Positions 34,201 through 46,200 of a stretch of 64,000 bases of DNA are shown piece after piece. Each line of letters starts with the position of its first letter. Within the stretch, counting starts at the first letter, position 1. The DNA is from Felis catus (taxonomy: Eukaryota). The stretch covers positions 82,276,001 through 82,340,000 of the forward strand of contig NC_058368.1 of assembly GCF_018350175.1 (NCBI RefSeq). Reading direction: 5' to 3'. The notes beneath the pieces are model-generated. The model made no database searches and was not told the origin of the DNA. It saw only the letters and a list, made by a program, of their open reading frames with translations. Made by a program: the position numbers and the translations under genes.

Positions 34201-37200
34201 CCAGGGGGACTTATGGAGCACTGCTGTCGGCCTTCGAGGTCAGGAACCCTAGATGCGTCATTTTGGTCCTGACCGATTGTCTTTGGTCATTGGCAGTCAG
34301 TCATGTGGCTCCAGGAAATTTGGGCCAAATCTGCATGCAGCTGTTAAAGTATGCTTCAAAAATACATTCAGTGGCTTCCCAGATGAAAAGAAGGACTTTT
34401 TATGTTCTAGAGAAAAATCGGTCACCACTCTCTCACTGCAGAACAATGACCTTAGAGTTCAGGGGTTAAAGCGACAGTAACCCTTTATCCTCCCGAATGG
34501 TTTCCATGTTTTGGAATTTGGGCGTGGCTGGGTGGCAGTGTGTCCGGCAGCCCCTGAGGAGGAGAGGATGGCAGGAAGGCAGGCCCCCACTCTCTCCAAA
34601 GCCTGACTTCCCAGCCCCAGCTTTCTAATTTCCTTCGTGAAAACCGAGCTTGCGCCACCTGTGATTCCGACACACGTTGTGTTGCGAGATAGAATTCCTG
34701 TGCCCATGAGACTTGCTGTGGGGTACCTAGTCACGGTCCCGCATACGGACAGTGGGCGTCAACGAGCTGCCAGCCGCCAGCTGGCTTCTTCCTATGTCAC
34801 AGTTAACTGCCCTCAGGTTTACGCTCCGAACTGGAAATCAGGCTTGGGAACAGGGTGGGTATGGGAAGACAGTCCTGTCAGAGGTGGTGCCCTCACGCTC
34901 CCAGGTGGTGTCGTGGGGAGGGGGGTGGCAAGCACTGCCGGGCAGCCTGCTCCGGACGTTGCAGCCCCTCGGTGCTGGGCCGCCACGCATTGTGGGACTC
35001 CCACGGGGCTAGACTGGGGCTGCATGGGTGGTGGGTGGGAGGAGCCTGTTGAAGACTCCAGCCCCCTTTCTACATGAGGTTCTTTTGAGCGACAGAAACG
35101 AGGCCTTACAGAGCATGAGTATGCGGAACTTCCATCAGCGTCCTCCCCGTGGCTGGGAGGGTGTCCGGGAGCAGACGTGATACCACTGGGTGCACCTGTG
35201 GCTCGCTCCAGCCTCTCCTCTGTGTCAGCCGGCTGTCTGCCTCTGTCTTCTGCTCTCTGTGTTCTCCAGTGACTCCCCAGCTTTGGATTGTGACCCTGAG
35301 ACCGGCAAGAAGGGACTGGCCTCTTCGTCTGTTTCCAGACTTATCCGGAAAGGGCTGGGCTGACCTGCTCGCCGCCCAGGCCACTCATCCGGTGGCCATG
35401 GTGGGTTGCGTGTGGCCAGGGAGGACGAAGCCCTTTGGCTCTGGAGAGGATGGGCTAGTCTGATCACTTGAGTTGGACTAGACCTCCTCCAGACTAGACC
35501 AGCCTCCAGAGGGGGCTTCCTGGCCTGGTTCCCTTCCTTCCACATTGTGAGGGGTTGCTGGGGCTGTGCCACTGATGTGTGGACTATGAGTGCTCCCTCT
35601 GCGGGAGGGGGTTTCCCATGAGTGGCCCGTGACCGCCGAGCTGGAGCAGCACGGGCAGTGGCCCCAGGTTGGGCAACGCTGGGTCCCACCCAGGCAGACC
35701 CATGAGGGCAATGACAGGCCCTGTGTGATCTTGGGGCTCCATGGCTGCTAGCTCAGGAGTCCAGCCACCCGTCCACTCTGCTACAGGACAGTGGACATGG
35801 AGCCCAGGGCCGCTGTCTGTGGGATCAAGGAGCCGGCAGCACCAATGATGTGCTGGGAGCCTGGGGCCGTCTGACAGGTGTATGGGGGCCCTGAGGCACT
35901 CTCTTGCCATGGCTGTGTCCTCAATTCTGTGGCAGCTGGTGTCCCGTGTCTCTGGGGCACCCTGAGCCTGTTTGCTGGGACCAGCCTGGTGCAGGCTTCC
36001 TGGCCCAGAGAGAGTCGTGCCATTGAGTCTGGCGGCTCCTGGCCAGCAGTCCTCTAGCCCAGCCCGGCCTCAATCTGCTGCCATCCTTGTGGGCATGTGC
36101 TTGGCTCCCTCCGCTTCTGTGGGAAGGTGGAGTTTTGGAGAGTCCAGGAAACGTGGCCCATGTGGTGTTGGCACGGGCCTGACTTCCGTCTCGGGTTCCG
36201 TGTGTGGATTTGTGCATTTTGGGCGCATTTGGTTCTCTGTGCACCACGTGGAGAGAGGGAACCCATCCCTGCAACACCGCAGGGCCTGACATGCGGCTTC
36301 TCCCGTGCCAGGCTCAGGCGAGCCTTGCCTGTCTGCAGTCCAGCTTGTTGCTGCCCGTACGTGCTGCCAACCTGAGGCTCCTCCTGGGGTGGGAAGGGGC
36401 CGCAGATGCCCTGGGTTCCTGGACAGACAGGACGATGCTGGAAAGTGCACTTGTATCCCTTCACGGGCGGCCTGGCCTGCGCTTACACACCTGTGAGGAA
36501 AGTCCAGGCACACCGCACAGACATGTGAGCGTCTGTGAGTACGTGGCTCGTGTGGATGTGTGTGAGATTGCTGTGTACACACAGGCGTGAGTCCCTGAAC
36601 ACTGGGGCGTCCTCAGCCGGTGCTCCCGCTGGGCCAGGAATCCCACTGCCCGGGTCGCTGGTGGTCAGAGGCCTGGGCAGGAGGCAGAGGAGGCTTGTCT
36701 GCCGGGATTGGTTGACCTGCGATGTGGCTTGTGTACACGTGTGTGTGTGTGTGTTTATGCACATGTGTGCACACGTATGGGTGTAGGACGTGTATGCATG
36801 CATGTGTATGTGTGAGTGACCACATGCGGATGGTGTGCACTGGTGTGAGTGTGCGTGTGGCAGGGCTGGTGTCTGGTGAGGCTCAGTGTATCAAGACCGT
36901 CTGCCCTGGTTTGGTGTGCAGCAGGCACATCTTCGATGTTTGGTGAGGACAGACTCGGGTACGGACGTCTAGACGCCGATGGTCTGCGGTGCCCGTGATG
37001 AGCTCATGTGAGCCCTGATTCTTCCCATGAAAACCCAGGGAAAGCGGATGCAGGACGCGTGTCAGGGGTCAGTCCCAGACATGGCTCCCTGTAGTGGCTC
37101 AGGTGCGTTTGCACACCTTGGGGAGTGATGTCACTTGCCTGGTGCCCCAGTGAGCTGCGTGGTCAGTGGGCCCTGTGCGTGGTCACCCTGCTCAGGACAT

Positions 37201-40200
37201 GGGGGTGCCGGGTGGACCTCGTATGCTGCCTGGCCCTGGCCCACACTCCTGTACACAGAGGTGCATCCCCCGATTTCCGGCAGAGCTGCCGCATCCGGGG
37301 CTCTGAGGAAGCCCTGTTCTCAGGTTGGATCGCCCGTCTGCTCTCACGACAGGTGGTCAGATGAATTTTACGCTCACCCGAGGTGCGCCTCCACTAGCCG
37401 CAGGCACTGCCCCTTAAATGCGTGTGTTGACTTAATGTACAAAAGCTGTATCTCATTAACGTCACAAGGGTTAAGCTTCGAAGTTCCCTGTATGGGCTCC
37501 TGACAATTCTGTCTCTTTCATGCCGTATTTTACACCTCCCTCACACAGCCCGGCTTGTTACGAACTGTAGATTTGTCGCTCTTAGACCCCCTATTTACTG
37601 TCCTTGTTGCTCTCTGCAGGCCGGTCTAATTGAAGCCAACGGGGAACTCAAGGTCTTCATAGACCAGAACCTTAGTCCTGGAAAAGGTAAGGCGCCTCTT
37701 TTCCAAATACAATTCTGTGGATGAGAGTGTTAGGGTTGGTGTACTCGTGAATTTCTGTGGGACGAAAGCCCCTGTCAAGTGTGGGGCCCCTGCTTTGGGA
37801 GGGCTCCTGCCTGGGGCCGCCGACAGCCTGCAGGCACCTGTCAGTGGTGGGCTCACGCTGTTTGCAGAAATTCGGGGACGTGGAGAATGCAGGTCATGTG
37901 CTTTCCTCTGCCTCACGGGTGCCATGAGCCTCCAGGTGTCTGCTCTGGACCCGGGCGGCAGCCCAAGGCTGGCGGTGCCTCCCTCACGTGCGTCCGGGTT
38001 CGTGTCTTCCCCATCAGGAAGCCACGTGTGTATGTTCGGTGGCTCATTGGGATTCAGGGCTGGACATGGAGGTGGACAGGTCCAGGCCACTGCCCCCTGC
38101 TCTGGGGTCCCACGGTCTCCCTCCTGGTGTTACCGTGATGAACATCTGCCCACGTGTATGAGCGCGCTGGCTATTTCCCGGGATAGACTAGGTGTGGAAG
38201 TGCTGGACCAGAGGGCATGTACCTTCCAAGTTGATGCGTGACACCCGGCCACCTGTGGCGTCCTGTGCTCAGAGTGGCTGGATTACTGCTGCCACCTCCA
38301 CTCAGCCTCCGCCAGGCCGAGGCCCTGACCGGTGACCTCTTGGCTCCTGCTGTAGCTTTGGGGGAAAGTCCCAGCCCCTTCCCATCCATCTGTTGCTGGC
38401 GAGCGGGACAGGAGTCCAGCTGTGTCCTTCCCCGTGGGGCCCAGTGGGCCCGGCCCATGTGGTTAGGGTGGTGGGCTCAGGCCCTGCTCCTTCTTTTGCA
38501 TCAGGATGGCCCCTTTTGATGCTCATGGAGGCTCTCCTCTCCTGGCTCAGTGGGTCTCCCTCGTCACGCTGGCCACTGTTCCCTGGATGGGCTGTGGGCC
38601 CATGTGTGCTCTCCGGGTTTCTGTGTTTGGAAGGTCGTAGGCAGCGTCCTGCTTTTCTGTAGATCCCATCCTCTTTCCCTTCCTGTCCAAGGACAGGGCC
38701 CCGCTGAGGGACTTAGTGTTTGCAGATGGTTTTAGTTCAATAGCTTTTACCGTTCACAGGTTGCTTGAGCAAGGTGCTTCAGCCTAACTAATTGGACACT
38801 TAGAATTTTAGGATTTACAGGCGTGACGTCTTTAGTAAAAGTGACTAAGCAGAAATAGTAGTGAAAACACTGTGGTCTCTGCTCCCCTGGAAACAGTGGA
38901 AGCCTTTCGTTCTGGTGTTTGTTTTGAGTCCCTTTATTGTTTGGATGGTCCCACAGGCCCTTCCCGTGATCAGGGGCTGCCTGATCTGTGCTTGAGCCCT
39001 TATGGGGGTTGCATTGGAGAGATGAGAAGACAATAGCTTCTTGAGTCTCTAGAATATCCTGGTGCCAGTTCCCTGCACTGTTCAAGGATTTTGCGTGTTC
39101 TTGGGTGTGGTCTGGCCCGCCGTGTCCCTGGCTCCGCTCACAGCTAGGACTGCTGTAGTTCGAGGCTCCTGGCTCCTGCCTCTGCTCCCGCCTCTGCTGG
39201 GACCAGCACAGCCTCCCAGGCACTCAGGCTCCTGCCCCTGCGCCTCTGGCATGTTCTGGGTATGAGGAGGCCCACGGCCACATCTCTGCAATGTGCTCCC
39301 TGCTCTGACCCTATGAACACAGGCTGAGCACTGCCAGGCTCCTGCTCCTTCCAGAGAAGTGCTTTTTCGTAAACGGAGCCGTTTGTCTGTTGGACAGGCA
39401 GTCCGGTGCTGTTTCGGCCACAAAGGGAGTAGGACCAGGCTGCCCAACTGCTGTGCTCACCCGTGGGGACTGTTCCACGCACGGCCACCTTTGCTTCTGG
39501 CTCAGGAGCTCCGATGCTAATTTTGGGCGGTGTGGTACTGACTGGACCTGCTCACTCTGGGTTATGCAGTGGTGTTCGTGAAGTTGGGGAGCCCATGGGT
39601 GTCAGACTGTGTTGTCTGACCCCGCTTTCATTGTGGGCGCTTCCCGAGGAGCGCTTGGCAGAGACTCAGCCAGGGTTATGCTGAGTGAGGCCCAGACCCC
39701 TGGCACAGGCTTGTCCAAGAGTCCAGGAATGTGGCCTCAGTGTGTTCCCAAGAGCCTGTCTCTCTGGAGGGACCGTGAAGGGCAGGAGTTGGCTCTCGCT
39801 GGGGGTAGGGATGGGGAGTCAAAAGGAGGGCCATGGCCAGACCTGGTGGAGGCTGGGCCATGAGGGGGCAGGGGCCCGTCCCGCTTCCTGTCCGCATGTG
39901 CCACGCCTACAGGGCTGCCTCCCAGCTGCTCCTAGCTCCACCTGCTGAGAGTTTGGGAGCCCCAGTGACCCTGCTGCCCTCGGCTGGGGCCAGTGAACCC
40001 TTCCTGAAGTGAGGCTCCCCGTGCCTGCTCCTGCCTAAGCTCTGGCTGTGATGCCCCCTCACACTGGGGTCTTGCGCACTCCTGTTCCCTGGGTCCTGGC
40101 CTTGACTCTGCTCCTGTCTCAGCCTCCAGAGCTGCCCGTGCTTCTTCACCTGCCTCTTCTGCTCCTCTGGCTGCTACCTGTGGCCCATTTCCAGGTGCCA

Positions 40201-43200
40201 GTGTCTGCAGACTTCTCCAGAGGCAGAGCCTACGGGAGACGTGTGGTGAGTGGGAGGGAGGTTCGTTGTTGTGGGATCGGTCCCTGTGACAAGGGGGCCG
40301 GCAGGCCGGACACAGGCAAGAAGTGGGGTTGGAGGCGGCCACTCCTTCCTCGTGGAGGAGACCTGAGGATTTGCTCTGAAAGTCTTTGCCTGGTTAGGAG
40401 GCTCTGGAGGGTGGTCTCTCCTACCTAATGGCGGCTTGCGGCTGGTCTGTGATCGGATAGCTGGGGACAAGCGCCTTGGTGCTCACATCAAGTCGGTCGT
40501 CACACCTGCAAGATTCAAAGAGCTGTTTTCCCCAGAAGGTGTGCTGAAGTCACAGCCTCCTGTGCCCACGGGCCCTGAAGGCCAGAGGCCCCAATGCGGT
40601 CCAAGACAACAAAGGCTACGTTGTCTGCTGTGACAGCCGTTGGGTTGCTCCCAGGGCTTCGCCGATGGCTTTGATGCTGTGTGAGCCTTCGCGTGCACAT
40701 TTGTTCCTGTGTTTGGGGCAGGCGCTCTAGAGTCGGAGCCAGGGCATGAGGTGTGTGTGCGTGGCCGCACCAAACACGTGGGCTCCTGGCGCCGCATAGC
40801 TACAGTGACGCCTCCTTTGCCGGCATTTCAGGTTCTGGTGGCCTGGTGGGTGTGGGCCCCCTTGCTCCTGGGCCTGCCCTGCTGGTAGGGGTCTGGCCAG
40901 GTGCTTTGCTGGCAACATTTTGTTGCCACTGTTCCTGCTGGAGCCTCCTCTTCCAGCCGTGCGGCTGCTGCCCCAGGGTTCAGGCCGTGGGCCCTGGCAC
41001 ATATGTGCCCATGCCCTCCCGATGTGCCCGCTGCTTGCCCGCCCTCCACACAGAACCAGTCCAGAGCCACGGCCTGTGTGCGGCCTCTTCCTCTCCTCCG
41101 GCCTCTGCGTACATGTCGTGCACGCTCGCTGCAGAAACGGCTTACAATGTACACGTGTGCTTAAGCGTGTGTCCTGACACGTCGTGTGCGTGTGTGTGTG
41201 GTATCTGCACGCACTGATCCTCCCTGTGGCTGTGTGACTTTGCTCATCTGCAGCTGGGCCATTTCTGGTAGTTTCTGGTGCTGCCTTTTGTCGCCTGGCA
41301 CCTTGATGGAGTGCTCTGATGCCTGCTGACTGTTTTCCCTGAAGGGCTGTGCACCCCAAGCACCTGGTGCAGGAGGCGGCTCCCGCAGAAGGTCGCGGGA
41401 TGTGGCTGGGTCTGACTGGTGACAGGACGTGTCCTGTGACGTCTGCCATTTTCCTTCTGCTTCAGAGTTGCCCTTCCCCTGAGGACGGGCTCCCAGGCAG
41501 GAGAGATGAACACCAGTGACAGGTGGCTGACAGCCTGGCGTTGTGGGATCATCCCAGAGACGCGGGAACGGCACCCTCGCAGATGTGCATGCACCTGCAC
41601 ACACGGCTGTTGCGGGGGAAGCGGCCTGGCCCCTCTCGGGGAGCGCAGAGCAGAGGCACCATCGTTTGAACCCAGACAACATCTGGAGCACAAAGTGATA
41701 ACATGTTTCACACGCCAAACCCTGCTGCTGGGCTGGCCAGGAAGACCAGTCTGCAGAGGAGATGAGCTCCCAGAGGAGCGGTCTGGGTGTGGTCGAGGCC
41801 CTGAGATGCTGGGCACCTCGGCTCCCACCCACCGGGAGGTGCCCCTGTGGAGCCTGCCTCCCTCCTTGGGCCGCAGGGCCATTCTGGCGCCTGCTGTGCA
41901 GGGGCAGGGCCGTGCGGGGGCCGCCGTCTTAGCGCTTGGGGTATTTCTAGCGTGGCGGGCAAGAGAGCAACTCTTAAAATACTAGGTTCTTAGAACTTAG
42001 AAATGGTTGAAATTATTTTCAAGAAGACATTAAACCTTATGATTTCATAATCTGTCTTAAAGCCCATAGGTATTAATGAATTGTGATTGCTACTTGTAAG
42101 AATATGCTTATGGAATACTTCTAGAAATCTTTTCCTGTTCAGGGTTATAATAGCTCAGACTACATATGTTCTAACTCCTTTTCTCACCAAGAGAGGAATT
42201 CTCTGTTTCGTGATGTTATAGTTGAAAATATTTCAGGGGCGCCGGGGGAGGGGCTCAGTGGGTAAAGCGTCCGACTTTGGCTCAGGTCACGATCTCGCAG
42301 TTCATGGGTTCAGGCCCCACGTCGGGCTCTCTGCTGACAGCTCAGAGCCTGGAGCCTGTTTGGATTCTGTGTCTCCCTCTCTCTCTGCCCCTCCCCTGCT
42401 CGCGCTCTGTCTCGGTCTCTCAAAAATAAACAAACATTAAAAAAAAAATAAAATATTTTGTCACCTAGTTCCTTTAACAAAAGGCACTAAAGAGAGCATA
42501 CAGCTAAAGTAGTTGTGCTTCTAGTGAGTAAACTCTAGGCTGTGTTACAGGTTAGCCCGTCTTGTGAACGGGAGTGTAAGTAGGTCGAAGTGTGGTGGTC
42601 TTTGTCAGAAAAGTGTGTTAAGCATTCTGATGTCTTTGGTCAGATTAAACTAAAAATGAATCACATCCTTGAGATTGTTAAAAAGTGACGTGTCTTCCCT
42701 GAGTCAGCAGTTGGTAGGAACCCTGGAGAGGGGGACACACGCTGCCTGGGTGCACACGTGTGTGGTGCATGGTGTGTGATGTGCACATGTGGTGTGTGCG
42801 CGTGGCGTGCATGTGTGTGGTGTGCGTACGTGTGTGCCTTGCACACGCGGTGTGATGTGCACACGTGTGTCATGCATGTGTGGCATGTGTGTGCTGTGCA
42901 TATGTGTGGTGTGTACATGTGTGCTCACACGTGTCGTGCATGTGCACGTGTACAGTGTGCGCATGCATGTGTGGTGCACATGTGTGGTGTGCGGTGCACT
43001 GTGGTTTGTGTGCACATGTGTGCCATGCATATGTGCATGTGTATGTGCTGTGCACATGTGTGGTGTGTGCATGCATGTGCGTACACGTGTGTGCAGTGTG
43101 TGGTGCATATGTGTGGTGTGTGCACACGTGTGTGTCGTGCATGTGTGTGGGGGGCGCGTGTGTGGTGTGTGCAGAACGGCCCTGTGGAGGTGCCATGTGG

Positions 43201-46200
43201 AAGCCCATAGCACAGATGGTCCTCTTGGCGCACCTGCGTGAGGGCACGCCAGCAGCAGGAGGAGGCCAGACGGCCCGATGTTACCTGCGGTGTCTCAGTA
43301 GGAACATTTGTGTATTTGTATAATCAACGTACTGTAACGGAACGGCACAGATTCAAGGAATCAACTAGACCTTTCTGTGGACAAGTCTCAGCGACAGTGT
43401 GAGCAAAGTTATGTGAGATGTAGATAATTTTCTGGGTTTCAAAGGCCCACATGAGCAATACTTCTGCTTTCTTGGATTTATGGATGTGCATGGAAAAGTA
43501 CGAAAAATGGACAGAGCACACCCATTAAGCCCTGATGTTTGCAGGCAGGGCCAGGTGGGGGCGCAGCTGGGGCGGGTCTCTGGACCGGACGGTGAGCTTT
43601 GCTGTTTCAGCCTCTTGAGCAAATAGGATAAAAGGAAAGTAGTTAATTCTAGGTCATACTGGAGAAAGATTGTGTGGTAGTTCTTAGTGCTGAAGAGTGT
43701 CTCAGAGAACAGGGAGACCCTGGTGAGAACCAGAGGGGGCCTGGCCCCGATCCACTCTGCCTCTCAGCTCTGCCGTTGCCCTGGCGGGTGAGCACGTGGT
43801 TTTGTATAGGTGGACGTTCCTGTGGTTCTGAGCGCTCAGTGTTGTCCTCTGTGGCCGCGCCCGCGGCTCTGGCCCAGATGTGGCCGTGTTCTGACCTCGT
43901 TTATTTTACTTTATTTTAATATCTTAACAGCTGCTGGGGCTGCTGATGTTGACGGGATCATTTGTAAAATAAAGGAAAAAAAAACCCAAGTTTATCGTTT
44001 TATGAATCAATTCAGTATTCCTAAAAACCTATTAATAACCTGATAATAATCTCATGTGTGACTTTGAAATGACTAACACGTTTGTGTTTTAAATCTCTCT
44101 GTGCAAAACAGAATAACTTTATTTTTGTCTTTTAAACCGTCTTCTGTATATCTAAAACAATCATTAAAAATTTGCTTTTGGGGGTGCCTGGGTGGCTCAT
44201 TCAGTTGAGCATCTGACTTTGGCTCAGTTCATGATCTCACGGCTTGTGAATTTGAGCCCCGTGTTGGGCTCTGTGCTAACAGTTCAGAGCCTGCTTGGAT
44301 CCTCTGTCCCCCTACCTCTCTCTCTGCTCCTTTGCTGCTCATGTTCTGTCTTTCAAAAATAAACATTTAAAATAATGTTTGCTTTTGTTAAGATACAGGT
44401 CTCTGTGTTTAGAGAAAAATAAAACTTGAAGCAAACAAACATTTACAGAAAACAAATATCTGCTGGTGTCGGTGAAAATGCTAACATTCAGTCAGTTGGT
44501 TTGATGGACGAATGTCTTGATGACTTAAGTTATCAAGAGAAATTATTCAGTGTTTGTATGTGGCAGTAAGATTCATTGTGTATTGAAATCTGAAGTCTGT
44601 TCTTTTTTTTTTTAGTGTTTATTTTTGAGAGCGAGCGAGTGAGCAGGCATGAGCTGGGTAGGGGCAGAGAGAGAGGGAGACAAAATCCAAATCAGCTCCA
44701 GGCTCTGAGCTGTCAGCACAGAGCCCGACACGGGGCTCGAACCCATGGGCTGTGAGGTTCTCACCTGGGCTAAGGTCAGATGCTGAACCGACTGAGCCCC
44801 CCGGGCGCCCCTGGAGTCTATTCTTTAAAGCGTGTGGACTGTAAAAGGTTCAAAAATGAAACTTAGACCAGGCTGGATTGAAGACTGTGTCTTACTGTTA
44901 TTTGGAGGCTGTCATGAGGCAGAGCCCGTGAAATGAAGAAACGCCATCTGAGTCTGCCTTGTGCGAGACCTGCCCTCGGTGGCCACAGGAGGCAGTTCTG
45001 CTTCAGGGGCCAGGGGTGCGGGGCATGACCAGCGCAGAGCTCTCCTCTCCCCGTGTGGCAGGGACTGGGGTCTGGGCGGCTCTTCCCCCGGCACGCTCAG
45101 GCCGTTGTCTGTAAGGACCGCGTTCACCCTGCTCTCAACCACCCCCCCCTCCCCCCGGCCCCGGGGCTCCTTTAGGGCCACTGCTTCCTGTTCATGTTCT
45201 CTCTGCCTTCGATGCCAGCACCACAGGGCTTTATTTTTTACATTTTGAGTTTTTATATTTCTGCTTTATTTGATTTTCTTATTTAATATGTAAAATGAAA
45301 TGTTTTACCATTTTTATTCTCTGTTGTGTCTTCAGCACCGAGGACAGAGCAGGCACACAGAACTCTTTGCAAACACCTGTTGAAGGAGGGGATTTGTCTC
45401 CTCATGTACCCTCCCCCTCCTTTGTGAGGAGACTGACTGTCTTCAGAGAGGCAGCAGCATCCTCATGGGGCATTTTTCTTCCTAGAAACAGACACTTGAC
45501 TCTACTGCTCCAGGAAAAAGAATGTTAGATTTCTAAACTAGTTTTGCAAACATATAGTGAAATGCTGGAATATAGTGGCTTCTAATTTGAAGACTATAAT
45601 TGTCGCAGAATTGTAGGCTTTCAGAGCTGCTCTCCCAGGCTCTCTAGTCCCCCTGGAACATTCTGTAGGTGAGCAGGCAGCCCCCTAGGGCTCAGGGCAG
45701 GTTGGTGATGTGCCTGGGGCTGAGCCCCATCCCAGGGACATGAGAGCACCCCGGAGGGCCTGGTGGTCACGTCCACACGGACAAGGGTTCAACTTAGTAG
45801 TGGGATCTGCAATTGACCCACAGATGGGAAATGATAAAAGTAGGGAAGGTAAGAATCTGATTGGAAGCATCATCATCCTGAAGCTGTCCCCTGCAGCCTT
45901 AATCCAGAAGGGCCCTCACCTGTTACCTCCTTGTGTTGTAGGCGTGGTGTCCTTGGTCGCCGTCCACCCCTCCACAGTGAGCACGCTGGGGAAGCAGCTC
46001 CTGCCAAAAACGTTCGGACAGTCCAATGTCAACATTGCACAGCAAGTGGTAAGGGGCCCTGGGCTGGCGGGCTGGCGGGTTCTGGACGGAGATGCGCTCT
46101 CTCTCGAGTGCCCACAGCGCTGGGATGGCCACCTGCCTCACGCTTCAGGAGCATGTACCTGCGGAGTGTGTTGCTTTCCTGGCTCGGGCCCTGCGTCTGC

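Noticed and set aside
42661..43323. Cys/Val- and His/Thr-rich ORFs resembling metal-binding proteins (also 56465-57280 and 17162-18245)
   Set aside because: Artefacts of TG/CA simple repeats, open in nearly all frames.
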